Positions 10,583-21,157 are shown, counted from the first letter of the stretch. The stretch: 64,000 bases of DNA from Tetramitus jugosus (GCA_937625935.1 OW569357.1:492462-556461), one strand, 5' to 3'. Numbers and translations: made by a program. Notes: generated by a model from the letters alone, not told the origin.

Positions 10583-10615
10583 TTCATCACAAAACACACA
10601 ACAACAACAAAAGAA

Positions 10616-11827
10616 ATGAGTAGTAGTAGTCATGATTCGAGAAAAACAACCACACCCAACAACATTGACCAGAGAAACACACAAGACTTTCGTCGTAACC
10701 TTCGAAGAGAGCTCCACAGAGTCGAACAAGACTTGAGTAGCAATCGACAAAATTTGATTGATCCAACCAGTACAGAGCTCATTGAACTCACAATGGAGGC
10801 AAATGAACGGTTTAAAAAAGTGAGACATGCGAGAGAAGGTGCGATTGATGCTGCTATTTTTGAAACGTTGACAAAGTATGCTGCAGAACAGATCATGTCT
10901 GTGCAAGTGGGCATGAGATTGGATCCCGTGCTGTTCCTGAATCAATTAGGCTCTCGATTCTCCAAATCCAAGAAAAAATCATCCAAGCAGAAACGTCGGA
11001 GAAATGAGTCGTCGGAGTATGAAGAACAGCAAGAAGTGGAAGAAGAGGAGAATCATCATGATGTAGATTGGAGTAGATTGGGTCAGAGTGCATTCAGTTG
11101 CTTTAATCGAACTCCGACCATCTCCTTCATGAATGGACCTTTACAAAAATTGGAGGTCAAACAAACGCAGAGAAAGACACGTGAGAAGAAGAAGGACGAT
11201 GATGAAGATGATAAGACAAAGGAGACAAAAGTCGATGAGATTGGACAGCAGACAAAGGAGGATGAAGCGTCGAAACAAATGTTTAATATGCTAAACAGAG
11301 TCAAGGCACTCAAGTTGGTCAAAAGAGACAAGAGTGCTGCAGCTGCTGCTACGGATGGTGCTGATGCTGATTCTCAAAAGAAGAATGAACGTGTGTCGTT
11401 TGTGGATGTGATTATTGATCCAAACAGCTTTACGAAATCGATTGAAAATTTGTTTTACTTTTCGTTTTTGGTGCGGAATGGAATTGCGTCACTGGATGTG
11501 TCACCACAGGATCCAAGTATGATTGAAGTTGATTTGAAAGCGAACACTCAGGCAACTAGAGGTGACTCTGTTCCAAAACAAGCTGTTATGAAACTTACAT
11601 TGGACATGTGGAACACAATGAGACAACAGTTGACGCCCGATGCACTTGAAGCTTCAAAACAAATTCAAATCAATGCAGCACGTAACAAGGCTCAACAACG
11701 ATCTGCGCCCAATGGAACCGCTTCTAATTCTCGATCCAATGCAAACAAAAGCAAGGATGATGAGTCATCGTCATCATCATCTTCAGCAGAAGAAGACGAT
11801 GAGCCAAAGCGCAAGCGAAGGAGGTGA
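10616..11827 (+). CDS. NSE4: SMC5/6 kleisin subunit Nse4/EID
   Basis: N-terminal KVRHAREGAIDA and C-terminal IDPNSFTKSIENLFYFSFLVRNG (Nse4_C). Confidence 0.9.
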   Translation: MSSSSHDSRKTTTPNNIDQRNTQDFRRNLRRELHRVEQDLSSNRQNLIDPTSTELIELTMEANERFKKVRHAREGAIDAAIFETLTKYAAEQIMSVQVGMRLDPVLFLNQLGSRFSKSKKKSSKQKRRRNESSEYEEQQEVEEEENHHDVDWSRLGQSAFSCFNRTPTISFMNGPLQKLEVKQTQRKTREKKKDDDEDDKTKETKVDEIGQQTKEDEASKQMFNMLNRVKALKLVKRDKSAAAAATDGADADSQKKNERVSFVDVIIDPNSFTKSIENLFYFSFLVRNGIASLDVSPQDPSMIEVDLKANTQATRGDSVPKQAVMKLTLDMWNTMRQQLTPDALEASKQIQINAARNKAQQRSAPNGTASNSRSNANKSKDDESSSSSSSAEEDDEPKRKRRR

Positions 11828-11978
11828 AGGATTCTTGCATCGATCCATGTACACTAACGAAATAAAAACATACATCTCACAACTGCTCGTACAGGTTTAC
11901 ACAAATCGATTTTATTAATCAAGGATTCCTAAGATTGTATTTTCTACTCTTACTATTACTATACTCTACTTGTTGTTA

Positions 11979-12815
11979 TTACTGCTGTGGAGGTCCACCT
12001 CTACCCATTCCTGGGAATTGTCCTCGTCCAGCACCTGGCATCGGGAATGGAAAACCTGGTGGAGGCACACCAGGGCCTCCTCTTCCAGCAAAAGGAGGAA
12101 TCATACCGGGCATTGGAGGAGGAATCATACCGCCACCCATTGGTGGAACACCTCCACTTACTGGAGGCATTGGAGGCATCATACCAGGTGGAGCAACCAT
12201 ACCAAAAGGTGGTGGAGGTGCACCTCCTCTGGCCATACCTGGATGCATGTGTGGAGGTATCATACCATGCATGGCTCCACTCGGTGGTTGCATGAGACCA
12301 GACACAACAGAAGGAGGAGCTACCGTACCTGGTGTCGTTGTTGTCATTGTTGTTCCTCCACTTACAATACTGATTGGAATGCCTCGAGCGGCCGAATGAG
12401 CAATACCTGGATGCAATTGCTGTTGTTGCTGTTGTGATAATTGTTGTTGTTGTTGTTGTCTCTTGAGTGCATTGACACGACTGTCTTCGGATGATGGAGG
12501 TGCTTCGACAGTCATTGAAACAATGGATTCTCCTCTCAGCAACAACAGGCCTAATGTTCTCCTTTGTTCTCTCTCTTCACGTACATTGCCACTTGTAGTA
12601 GTTGAAGTAGTATTCGTAGTGGTGGTAGTGGTGGTGGTATCATTGTTCGATGATGATGATTTGACGTATATGGTTCTATATTCTTCAGTATCGCCCACCA
12701 CAATGTTCATGTGCTTGTCAAATGCCATAAATTTTCCTACGAGTACTCTTCCATCTTGGAGAGTGATCCTCATGCGATAGTTGATGAATTGGGAGAGTTT
12801 ACTGGATTTGCTCAT
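11979..12815 (-). CDS. SNRPB: Small nuclear ribonucleoprotein Sm B/B'
   Basis: INYRMRITLQDGRVLVGKFMAFDKHMN...RTLGLLLLRGESIVSMTVEAPP with a Pro/Gly/Met-rich tail. Confidence 0.97.
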   Translation of the reverse strand: MSKSSKLSQFINYRMRITLQDGRVLVGKFMAFDKHMNIVVGDTEEYRTIYVKSSSSNNDTTTTTTTTNTTSTTTSGNVREEREQRRTLGLLLLRGESIVSMTVEAPPSSEDSRVNALKRQQQQQQLSQQQQQQLHPGIAHSAARGIPISIVSGGTTMTTTTPGTVAPPSVVSGLMQPPSGAMHGMIPPHMHPGMARGGAPPPPFGMVAPPGMMPPMPPVSGGVPPMGGGMIPPPMPGMIPPFAGRGGPGVPPPGFPFPMPGAGRGQFPGMGRGGPPQQ

Positions 12816-13003
12816 GATAATGTATGTTGAAAGCTTTTTTGGCGCCTTTTTTCACGAGATCTCTCCTTGCTTTTTTTTCTTTCTTTGTTGTTTGTGGCAC
12901 CACCGGAGAAAACCAAAAACGGGAATGGATGCTCAATCTGATTGAAGTGTATTTTACAGCAAGAAAATTCTTTGTTCGAGAATGTCATCCGGAGAAACTT
13001 GAT

Positions 13004-13495
13004 CTACTTGTCACACTCAACAGATTCATTAACAAACAGGGGGCGATGCTCTGCTTGTGTATAGTCGAGGGCTTCTTGGAGGACTGCCTGTCTGGAAGGT
13101 TTCAATAAACTGAATGCTTCCTTGCACGTATAAAAACCCAAGGTAAACACTTCCTGAGGATTCATTGCACTCAATTGTTTTCCCACTGCACTTGGAGACA
13201 AGTGGGCAACAAAATATCGGCAGGACAAAGTATTCTTTGGTGTCTTTTCGTCAAAGGTTACAAAACTATCAGAGTCCCTTTGTACCAGATTGATATCTTC
13301 TTCAGAAAGACCTGATTCCTCCTTTAGTTCGCGCAGGGCGTTGGTAATAGAACTTTCGCCTTTTTCCCTGCTGCCCTTAGGGAATCCCCAGTTTGATGTC
13401 GCCTTGGTTTCCACTAAGAGAACCTTATCTTCGTACAACACGATCACTCCAGCTGTAGGCGCAACAATTTCTTTCGGCTCTGTCTTTATCCTCAT
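13004..13495 (-). CDS. Nudix hydrolase
   Basis: Nudix box GSREKGESSITNALRELKEESGL preceded by WGFPK. Confidence 0.92.
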   Translation of the reverse strand: MRIKTEPKEIVAPTAGVIVLYEDKVLLVETKATSNWGFPKGSREKGESSITNALRELKEESGLSEEDINLVQRDSDSFVTFDEKTPKNTLSCRYFVAHLSPSAVGKQLSAMNPQEVFTLGFYTCKEAFSLLKPSRQAVLQEALDYTQAEHRPLFVNESVECDK

Positions 13496-13586
13496 CTTCT
13501 TCTCGTCCAGTCTGCTCTATGTTTTTGTGTTTCTGGTGGAATCCACCTCAGAAATGAAGTTCACAATGCAACTGCCAAGAAAAAAG

Positions 13587-13659
13587 TACCGACGACGGGA
13601 CTCGAACCCGCGACCACTGGATTAGAAGTCCAGTGCTCTTCCAGCTGAGCTACGACGGC
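13587..13659 (-). tRNA. tRNA-Arg (TCT), intronless
   Basis: GCCGTCGTAGCTCAGCTGGAAGAGCACTGGACTTCTAATCCAGTGGTCGCGGGTTCGAGTCCCGTCGTCGGTA folds as a cloverleaf (one T-T mismatch in the acceptor stem) and is followed by a T6 terminator. Confidence 0.95.
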
Positions 13660-13987
13660 TTGATATTGAAGCTTTTCCTCATTTTCTGCAAAAATGGAGT
13701 TTTTTAAAAAACCGGAGCTGAAAGTTTTCTGTGTGGAATATCAAAAACTGAATCTCGTATGTGGTCATTTGATTGTTAATTATCGTGCCACCAATCACCC
13801 TTCAATTCATGGAAATTTTCCGATCTTCGCGATCTTCAACTCCAACATCATGACGGGAAAAGATTGTGATGACGACGATTTCACTCATCCGCCACAAGCA
13901 AACACACGATTAACGACAAACAAACAAGAACAAGCACAACAAACACAACAAAATCACCATTATTACCTTCTCAACCACTACTTACTG

Positions 13988-16516
13988 ATGACTTCACCCA
14001 CTCAGGAATCCTATCGATTCCCACCATTGTCATCCTCCTCACAACAACATCAACATCAACATCGTTACTCACCTATTTCATCTTCGACTTCATCACCTTC
14101 ATCTTCATCACCCTCTCCACCACCACCTCTCTCTCTAAACAACAACCCAGCATATCACAATGCGAGTATGAGTGCAAGTGATGTGAGAATGATCAATAAT
14201 CAAACACCACCAATGGAACAACAACAACAACAACATTCGCGTCGTCACACAATGAACCACAATCACAACAATGATCATCAATTTTATACTACTCATCCAC
14301 AACAACAACAACAACAACAGCCATTTTATTCTACTAGACAATCACTGCCATCATCATTTGTCATCAAACAACCACCTTTATCAACAACAACATCAACAGC
14401 ATCATCTCATCAAAGACAACACTCTGTTCTTCACAACAGTAGTGTACCACCACTTCTCTCAACTAACAATCATCCAACAACAGCAACATCCACCACCACT
14501 TCATCAGCAGCTTCATCAGCAGGAACAGCCACAGCTACAGCCACAGCCACAGCAACAACATCACCAATGATCAACGAACAACAATTGCGCAAATTTTGTC
14601 AAATGAATTTGAGTAAACTGATTCCGTTGAGTCATCAGTTGGAAGACACGATCAATTACTGGTATCAACAAAACTTTAGACAACACCCCGTTCGAGTCCT
14701 ACTTCAAAAAGGTCCCTTCTATTGGACTCGTCTTCTCTATCGGAGATTTATGTCGTGGAGTCGGAGATATTTATTTTCGGATGAACAATCGAGTTCAGCA
14801 CTGTCACCTGGCAGTGGAAGTGGTGGAATAGGTATTGGAGGTGGAGGTGGTGGTGGTGTAGGAGCTTCATCTCACCATCATCATCATCACACTCGTCTCC
14901 TCAGTGAGCCTCCCTCACCGCTCTATTCTCCGACATCGACTTGGCCAAGCGGTAGATTGTTTTCTCCGATCCGCGAAGAAATGACATTGCCCTTCTACGG
15001 TGGTGGCGCTCAGCAGCAACAGCAGCAGACGCCACAGCATGCACACACGGATCAAAAAATTCAACAAATTGTGACTGCAAAGCAAGACTTGAATCACACG
15101 CTATACGAGCTACAAAAATGGTCCAAACTAAATGCTGAACTCATTGGAATATCGAGTCAAATACTGAAGGAACTCAATCGCCTCTCCTCACCATCCTCTT
15201 TTTACTTTTCACAGCAGCAGCAACAGCAACAACGAAGATTCTCTACTGCTGTGACCTCTCCCACTCATCATCATCAGACAATGACAGCTACAACAGCAAG
15301 AATGCCCAATGATCACTGCATGGCACTGTTGAACGAGATGATTCAATTCTTTCAGAGGAATCGACACTTGTACGAGAAGTCTACTCTGTTTGTCAATGCC
15401 AACGGTCCCATGATGATCTCTCAGTGTGGCAAGTTTATTGATGAGCACGTGTATCAAATTCAAAAACATGTGTTGCCACTGTACAAGCAACCCAATCATT
15501 TCACAAGGAATTGGATCAAGTACACGTTTGGTATTTCAGCAGTGTCATTCTTGGCGTACAAGGTCGCTACGAATAGAGATGAAATTGAGCACTGGGTCCA
15601 AGAATCATATGACTCTGTTCTCCGGTTCTACATTCTGCATTTGCAAGAACCGATTGTGAACATGTATAATGTGATACGATATGACACGCATAAGCAGTTG
15701 ATTGATCCAGAGTCGGTCAATGTTTCTGTCAATTCTCTCGAGAGAATGGTCACTCGGTTCGCACAGGATCACGGATCATCCGATGGAAGACTGTTCTCTG
15801 ATGAGGAATTGCAAATCGTGGCTCAACAGGCTCGTAGCGGTAATTTGGACTACATTATGCACAAGTATGAACGTGAGATGACCAATCCGTTGAAGAATGC
15901 ACTGTTTGGAGACATGGCTCAACTGCTTCTGATTCAAGTACAGAAGCAAAAGGTTGACATTGAACGAACAATGGTTCAAATGGACAAACTCATGCAATCG
16001 AATGAATTGAACTTTGAGCTGATGGCCACTGTTCCAGCTGTATTGCTCGCTGTGTTTGTCGTCTATAATGTGTTGACGTATCAACGAAAGACTGACATGC
16101 GTGTGTTTACCGCATTCAAGTCTAGCTTGGTTCAGACGGAGCGTGTACTAAATCGTTTCCCAAAGAACGAACAAGAATCAGTCGCAATTGAGGCGTCCCA
16201 GTACATTGAACAACAAGAATCGCCACTCGGTATCAAGTCGGTAGATATTGATGAGGCTAGTGCTGCTTATAACTTTAATCAAGCATGTGGCTTTGTGCAT
16301 CTCCATGTGAGCAAGATGAGAAAGCTGCTGAACACCAATATTAACAAGTTCCAAACACATTACAGACGAGAGGCTAGCGTTGCCAGAGATTTGCACTTTG
16401 ATCTGACAGAACTGAATGATCATCAAATGACACCAGCTCAAAGATTGAGAACAATTGAGCGAATGTATCGCTCCTACTACTTCCTTCACAATAATTTCAT
16501 CCAAAATCAAGAATAA
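13988..16516 (+). CDS. NCA2: NCA2/DGS1-family mitochondrial outer-membrane protein
   Basis: LLLIQVQKQKVDIERTMVQMDKLMQSNELNFELMATVPA is the NCA2 signature. Low-complexity N-terminus; start uncertain. Confidence 0.85.
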   Translation: MTSPTQESYRFPPLSSSSQQHQHQHRYSPISSSTSSPSSSSPSPPPPLSLNNNPAYHNASMSASDVRMINNQTPPMEQQQQQHSRRHTMNHNHNNDHQFYTTHPQQQQQQQPFYSTRQSLPSSFVIKQPPLSTTTSTASSHQRQHSVLHNSSVPPLLSTNNHPTTATSTTTSSAASSAGTATATATATATTSPMINEQQLRKFCQMNLSKLIPLSHQLEDTINYWYQQNFRQHPVRVLLQKGPFYWTRLLYRRFMSWSRRYLFSDEQSSSALSPGSGSGGIGIGGGGGGGVGASSHHHHHHTRLLSEPPSPLYSPTSTWPSGRLFSPIREEMTLPFYGGGAQQQQQQTPQHAHTDQKIQQIVTAKQDLNHTLYELQKWSKLNAELIGISSQILKELNRLSSPSSFYFSQQQQQQQRRFSTAVTSPTHHHQTMTATTARMPNDHCMALLNEMIQFFQRNRHLYEKSTLFVNANGPMMISQCGKFIDEHVYQIQKHVLPLYKQPNHFTRNWIKYTFGISAVSFLAYKVATNRDEIEHWVQESYDSVLRFYILHLQEPIVNMYNVIRYDTHKQLIDPESVNVSVNSLERMVTRFAQDHGSSDGRLFSDEELQIVAQQARSGNLDYIMHKYEREMTNPLKNALFGDMAQLLLIQVQKQKVDIERTMVQMDKLMQSNELNFELMATVPAVLLAVFVVYNVLTYQRKTDMRVFTAFKSSLVQTERVLNRFPKNEQESVAIEASQYIEQQESPLGIKSVDIDEASAAYNFNQACGFVHLHVSKMRKLLNTNINKFQTHYRREASVARDLHFDLTELNDHQMTPAQRLRTIERMYRSYYFLHNNFIQNQE

Positions 16517-16539
16517 AAACAAATTGAGATGGATCTGAG

Positions 16540-16830
16540 CTTTTCTTTCATCCCACGTTTGGTCGATTGCACCAAAACTAAAACAAACCCAAACCACAAG
16601 TATTTTTCATCGGAGATAAAATTTGTGTCGAAACAAGAAATACTGCCGTAGTGAAGTAAGAGTTTCAATGCGTCTGAGTCGAATAAGGTCGTGGGGTCTT
16701 TATAGACGAGCCCCATAGAGCCGGATTTCGCAGATAGTTAGTTCACACAGCCTATACCTACTCGCGATGGTGCTCCACTCCGGTGACAACTGTCCTCGCG
16801 AATTGACCACATAGGATAGAGTTTTGGTAA
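16540..16830 (+). ncRNA. Putative structured ncRNA; candidate telomerase RNA
   Basis: Unexplained ~350-bp gap between convergent genes, containing several hairpins and CAAACCCAAACC (16584-16595), which is complementary to the telomere repeat. Boundaries are guesses. Confidence 0.3.
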
Positions 16831-16870
16831 ACTTTGGTATGCCCGTCGTTTATTGTTCTTGTGAGACTCA

Positions 16871-19177
16871 CTACCATAGTTCGTTCATTACACTGAAAGA
16901 GATCAGACCCTTCTCCGTCAACTCGTTCGTAATTTGTTCGAGGGCCTTGGTTTGACTTGAGAGGGAATTAGTCAACTTGTGCAACTTTCGTTTCAGGGCA
17001 TGGGCACAATCCTTTTTCACTTGATTCGAAAGAGAGAGCATCTCAGCAACAACCAAGATGTCGCAAGCGTTATCCGGTGTTACATTCTCCTTCACAATCT
17101 CGATAGCTTTGTCTTCCAAGTTCTTCCACGGACCCATCCTCGTCGACAGCATCAGTGCTTCGATGGCTGTCTCTGGAGTCAACAACTCTTCGTCTGTAAA
17201 GCAGTATTGAATGCAATGGGCACCTGCAACCGAAGAGCAATCATATAAATCGAAAACAGGAGGCTCGTATGCAAAGTTGTAGTCACGATTCGTTGACTCA
17301 ATCAATTCCCTCTCACTCTCCATAAATGTGTAAGAATCACTGAAGGAACCGCTCAGAGCATGCTTGAAGAACTCTGAACGCCAAACAAGTAATGCCTTTG
17401 ATCCATAAATTCGCTCGCAACCCACCTCATCCTCAATCCGTACGCAAATACTACAGGCATCCCTCAGTATCACTTTCACTTTGCGAAGAACTTCATCCTC
17501 TACAACATTCCAATGCTTGTTCTTCTTTACAACAAACACCGTGTCACCCAAGTTCTGCATATTAACAGTCTTGAGGTGTGATATGATCGCGTCAATCTTT
17601 TCCCACTCAGCCTTGTAATCAATGTGTTTTAGTGGCACTTTTTCATCCTTCTTCTTCAGTGTTGGTCTCCATGTGATTGACTGTTTACCTCGATTTTGGG
17701 GTTTCGTTGGTATCACTCTTCTCTCAGGAATCGGAGCTGAGAGTATGGATCGTTTCAAATCATTGGTACTATTCTTATTGACTCTAGTCATCTTCATTTC
17801 ATGTAATCGCTCCAAGACTAGCTGAATCCCTTTAATTTTTGGAACTGTTGTGCCTTCTTCGCCACTCCCATCTCTTTTCGGTTGTGCTTTGTCACTGTCC
17901 TTCCTCTGATCGCTGTACCAATTAATCATATTCTGTCTGTATTTGAGTTGATGTGTGATAAAATCAAGCAACTCATACGCTCCAAAGTAATCACAGACAT
18001 GTATTAAGCTATCGATCAACGGAAGATGTCTTGTTTCAAATCGCTCCACCAACACTATTGATGCATCATTCCAAAACGAGCGCAAACGCTTCTTTCTGTG
18101 AGCTGCAACATCCGGGAATAAATTACCAAACAAGAGATCTCCCTTGAACTTGGCTTGATATCTGGCTTTTCTTTCTGCATCCTGCTTCTTCTTCTCTGCC
18201 TCGGATAGTTTCTGTGCCGAAGAAGAGGCCGCACTGACTGTGGATTTTGGATTGAGAACTTTTTGCTTCTCGGATTCAGCTACTAAGAAAGCTCTGTCCT
18301 CTACATTGTGTCGTATTTGTTGTTTCCATGGTATGATCAACTTACCAGTGTACAAGTAACGCAAATAAATCTCCAAGCCAACAGAGTTGACCCTAGTGTC
18401 CCTAATCTCAATGACTTTTGTCCTACGGAGTTCATGCAATCTTGACCGAAGTTCATTATCCGACACTTCTGTTATTGATGTTGGATCGTTTGGCCTATTG
18501 AACAATAGTTTCATGATGAATGACTCTCTTCCCTGAGTCAACAGAACAAACAGATGACATGGAAATTCTTGCACCACTCTCCCTCTCTTGTCATAAAGTA
18601 CAATGGTAATATCATTATTTGGACTCTCTACATGTTCTTCTTCCTCTTCACCTCCCTCAACGTCCAAATCATTGTCCGTTGTAGTTGTTGTTGCTTTCTT
18701 GACTGGTTCCGGTTCTTGCTTTGTTGGTTGTTCCTCTCCGCTCTGTTCAATCAACTTGTCCTGTAAATTCTGACTTGTCCTCACGACAAATCGTTCAAAC
18801 GAACTAGAAATAATTTCCTGAACGCTCGGAGCTCTCTTGACACTCCGAGAACTACCAAACAAATGGCTATACACATTAAATCCCTTCAAATACTTTCGAA
18901 TTTGAATATTGAGCGCATTAAAGTAACACCTTGCATATTGATCGTCCTTGGCACCCATGCTGCACAACCATCGAACAGCACCAAACTGTCCACACAAGCA
19001 TGCATAGTACAGTGGAGTATTCATGTGCTCATCTTTTGCATCTAGCATTCTAATGTCCCACTTGACAATTTTCTCCAATCTATTGACATCTCCTCTCTTG
19101 GCACAGATCCATGGGTCACTCTCTTGAGACAATAGTCTTGAATCGACTTCAATGGCCTTGTTTTGATTTCTTCTCAT
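16871..19177 (-). CDS. Ankyrin repeat and BTB/POZ domain protein (ABTB1-like)
   Basis: DEHMNTPLYYACLCGQFGAVRWL ankyrin repeat, two BTB-like segments (FPCHLFVL...YLRYLYTG; SKALLVWRSEFFKHALSGSF) and a BACK-like end. Confidence 0.85.
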   Translation of the reverse strand: MRRNQNKAIEVDSRLLSQESDPWICAKRGDVNRLEKIVKWDIRMLDAKDEHMNTPLYYACLCGQFGAVRWLCSMGAKDDQYARCYFNALNIQIRKYLKGFNVYSHLFGSSRSVKRAPSVQEIISSSFERFVVRTSQNLQDKLIEQSGEEQPTKQEPEPVKKATTTTTDNDLDVEGGEEEEEHVESPNNDITIVLYDKRGRVVQEFPCHLFVLLTQGRESFIMKLLFNRPNDPTSITEVSDNELRSRLHELRRTKVIEIRDTRVNSVGLEIYLRYLYTGKLIIPWKQQIRHNVEDRAFLVAESEKQKVLNPKSTVSAASSSAQKLSEAEKKKQDAERKARYQAKFKGDLLFGNLFPDVAAHRKKRLRSFWNDASIVLVERFETRHLPLIDSLIHVCDYFGAYELLDFITHQLKYRQNMINWYSDQRKDSDKAQPKRDGSGEEGTTVPKIKGIQLVLERLHEMKMTRVNKNSTNDLKRSILSAPIPERRVIPTKPQNRGKQSITWRPTLKKKDEKVPLKHIDYKAEWEKIDAIISHLKTVNMQNLGDTVFVVKKNKHWNVVEDEVLRKVKVILRDACSICVRIEDEVGCERIYGSKALLVWRSEFFKHALSGSFSDSYTFMESERELIESTNRDYNFAYEPPVFDLYDCSSVAGAHCIQYCFTDEELLTPETAIEALMLSTRMGPWKNLEDKAIEIVKENVTPDNACDILVVAEMLSLSNQVKKDCAHALKRKLHKLTNSLSSQTKALEQITNELTEKGLISFSVMNELW

Positions 19178-19378
19178 TTTAAATAATTATTGTTAGGTAT
19201 GTGTGTACGTGTGTGGTTGGTTTGTTTGGACGTGACAAAATTTGTTGTTGAAATGTTGAGTCTGGCAAAACGAGTCGCGAAGTTGCCAAGTTCTCCACAC
19301 AGATGAACTTGCGAATTCAGATTGACGTCCAATAATTACTCCTACAGAGAAGCCAAAGAAGGAACACCACGCAGAACA

Positions 19379-20296
19379 ATGATGATCAAAAGAAAGCTCT
19401 GTGGAGTGCTGGTTGGATCCTCCCGTGCCACTCTTCCCGGACTGCCATTGTTCACGACTAGTAGTCGTATTGCAATCGGCAACAATCATCGTTTCTTTTC
19501 AACAATGAAACAGCAACTGCCACAAGTCGTGAGACACGAGTCCAAGGCAAATGACCCTCTTTTCCCCAATTGTGAATACATGGAGATCCCAAGTGCTTTG
19601 ACATTGCTCTCCACGACATCTGACGTCAACATTGCTCAATCGTACGCCACGCAGCGCGAATCAAGTGGCGAGAATCTGAGGAGTGAGGGCGAGAGATTGG
19701 CTCATGAGACTTTTCCTTTTACGAGAGACATCTCTTTTCCGATCTCATTTAGTGAGCACATTCAGCAAATGATGGACTATATCAGTCAGCAGGAATCCTC
19801 TTCCAACGATACCGGCGAGGATGGTGACCAAGGATCATGGATGATCATTCGCAAGTCAAGATCCATGGAGGAAAAGTGGGACTGCTATTGTGATAGAAGA
19901 ACCAAGCAAATCTATTTTGCACGCAGTTGGACAGGAGACCTCAAATACAGAGTTCGATTCGATGTTGTGCAAGACAGGATTGTACTCTTGGATTTCGACG
20001 TGTATTCAACGAATTCAAAGATGCCAGATATGACCAAGGAACAAATTGAGTTTGGTGCAAGAGTGTGCGAATGGCTCGTTGGAAACACATTTTTGGGTGT
20101 ATCGTACTATCCATTGTGGTTGCCTCAAGTTCCACAGTGGGATAATGATGCCATGTTGGCTGTTTGGATGTTTTCACAGTGTGGGAACCAAGGGTTGTTT
20201 GCTGCAGAGAAGCCCTTTAGTCAAACGACAGATTGGATCATTGACCGATTGGGTCCAGAAGAAGCAAAACCAACAGAACCAACAGAATCAAGCTGA
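19379..20296 (+). CDS. Hypothetical protein with probable mitochondrial presequence
   Basis: Long ORF with an Arg/Ser-rich N-terminus and a conserved-looking MEEKW...YFARSWTG motif. Confidence 0.65.
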   Translation: MMIKRKLCGVLVGSSRATLPGLPLFTTSSRIAIGNNHRFFSTMKQQLPQVVRHESKANDPLFPNCEYMEIPSALTLLSTTSDVNIAQSYATQRESSGENLRSEGERLAHETFPFTRDISFPISFSEHIQQMMDYISQQESSSNDTGEDGDQGSWMIIRKSRSMEEKWDCYCDRRTKQIYFARSWTGDLKYRVRFDVVQDRIVLLDFDVYSTNSKMPDMTKEQIEFGARVCEWLVGNTFLGVSYYPLWLPQVPQWDNDAMLAVWMFSQCGNQGLFAAEKPFSQTTDWIIDRLGPEEAKPTEPTESS

Positions 20297-20428
20297 ATGG
20301 CACCGACTATCTCACCTGGGCCCAGGATGGAAAGAATTGTCAAATGAATAGCAAGATAATATTATCTTAAATTCTTTTATTTCAATAGCTCATTGCCACT
20401 GATCTGTAAAATAACTTGAATCCTCTCT

Positions 20429-21157
20429 CTAAAGATTCAACTTTGTCTTCAAAATGACGTACTTGTTGTTTGTAGTACCGCGCCAATGTGGTGGGAAACT
20501 CTTTTGAACAGAATCTCTGTCCTTCACCAATTGGACATACTTCTCCAATTTTTCGAATCCATTCTCCTTGAACTCAAACCCAAATCTATCCAATAGCATG
20601 AGTGCAGTTCCAGCAACAGCATCCACCAATGAAAAACTGTTTCCTCCATTCAAGTAAGCACTATCACTGTCAGCGTTCAAATATCCCTCCCATCTACTCA
20701 ACTCCTCCTTCAACTTGGACAATGCTTCAGTGGCGAACTCTAGGTTCCACTCGTCTTCTTGCTTGAACCAACATTCTCTGATCAGAGGTGTCAGGACAGG
20801 TACCAAGTACGTATCGACTTCATTTGTACGCACCAATGTGTTACTCACTTCGTGCAAATCGTCAGCAGAGTACAATGGTCCGTGCTTTCTCTCCAAGTAG
20901 TGCAAAATGGCCAAACTCTCATAAACGAACACGTGTGGAGTCACAGTTTGATCCACAAGGACAGGAATTTTACCTCTAGGATTCATCTTCAAGAATTGTT
21001 CAGTCTTGTGCTCCTTCTTTGAAAATTCAACCAAGTGACTGTCGAATGTCAATTGCTTTTCGTGCAAGTAGACAATGACTCTCCAGGCAAAAGGTGAACC
21101 AGATCCCCAGTACAATGCATAATCGTGTTTCTCTTGTGTAATGTCAGTGCTGCTCAT
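20429..21157 (-). CDS. Glutathione S-transferase
   Basis: YWGSGSPFAWRV, MNPRGKIPVL, YESLAILHYLE, FSLVD motifs. Confidence 0.95.
   Translation of the reverse strand: MSSTDITQEKHDYALYWGSGSPFAWRVIVYLHEKQLTFDSHLVEFSKKEHKTEQFLKMNPRGKIPVLVDQTVTPHVFVYESLAILHYLERKHGPLYSADDLHEVSNTLVRTNEVDTYLVPVLTPLIRECWFKQEDEWNLEFATEALSKLKEELSRWEGYLNADSDSAYLNGGNSFSLVDAVAGTALMLLDRFGFEFKENGFEKLEKYVQLVKDRDSVQKSFPPHWRGTTNNKYVILKTKLNL

Noticed and set aside
16630-16830. RNase P/MRP, SRP, U1-U6 or U3 identity for the structured gap
   Set aside because: Could not find the conserved elements in the right order (CR-I/CR-V, SRP helix 8, snRNA signatures).
20576-20585. Telomere-like 9-10-mers (CAAACCCAAA here; similar near 8000 and 42330)
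   Set aside because: They fall inside protein-coding sequence and are expected by chance; they also temper the telomerase-template argument.
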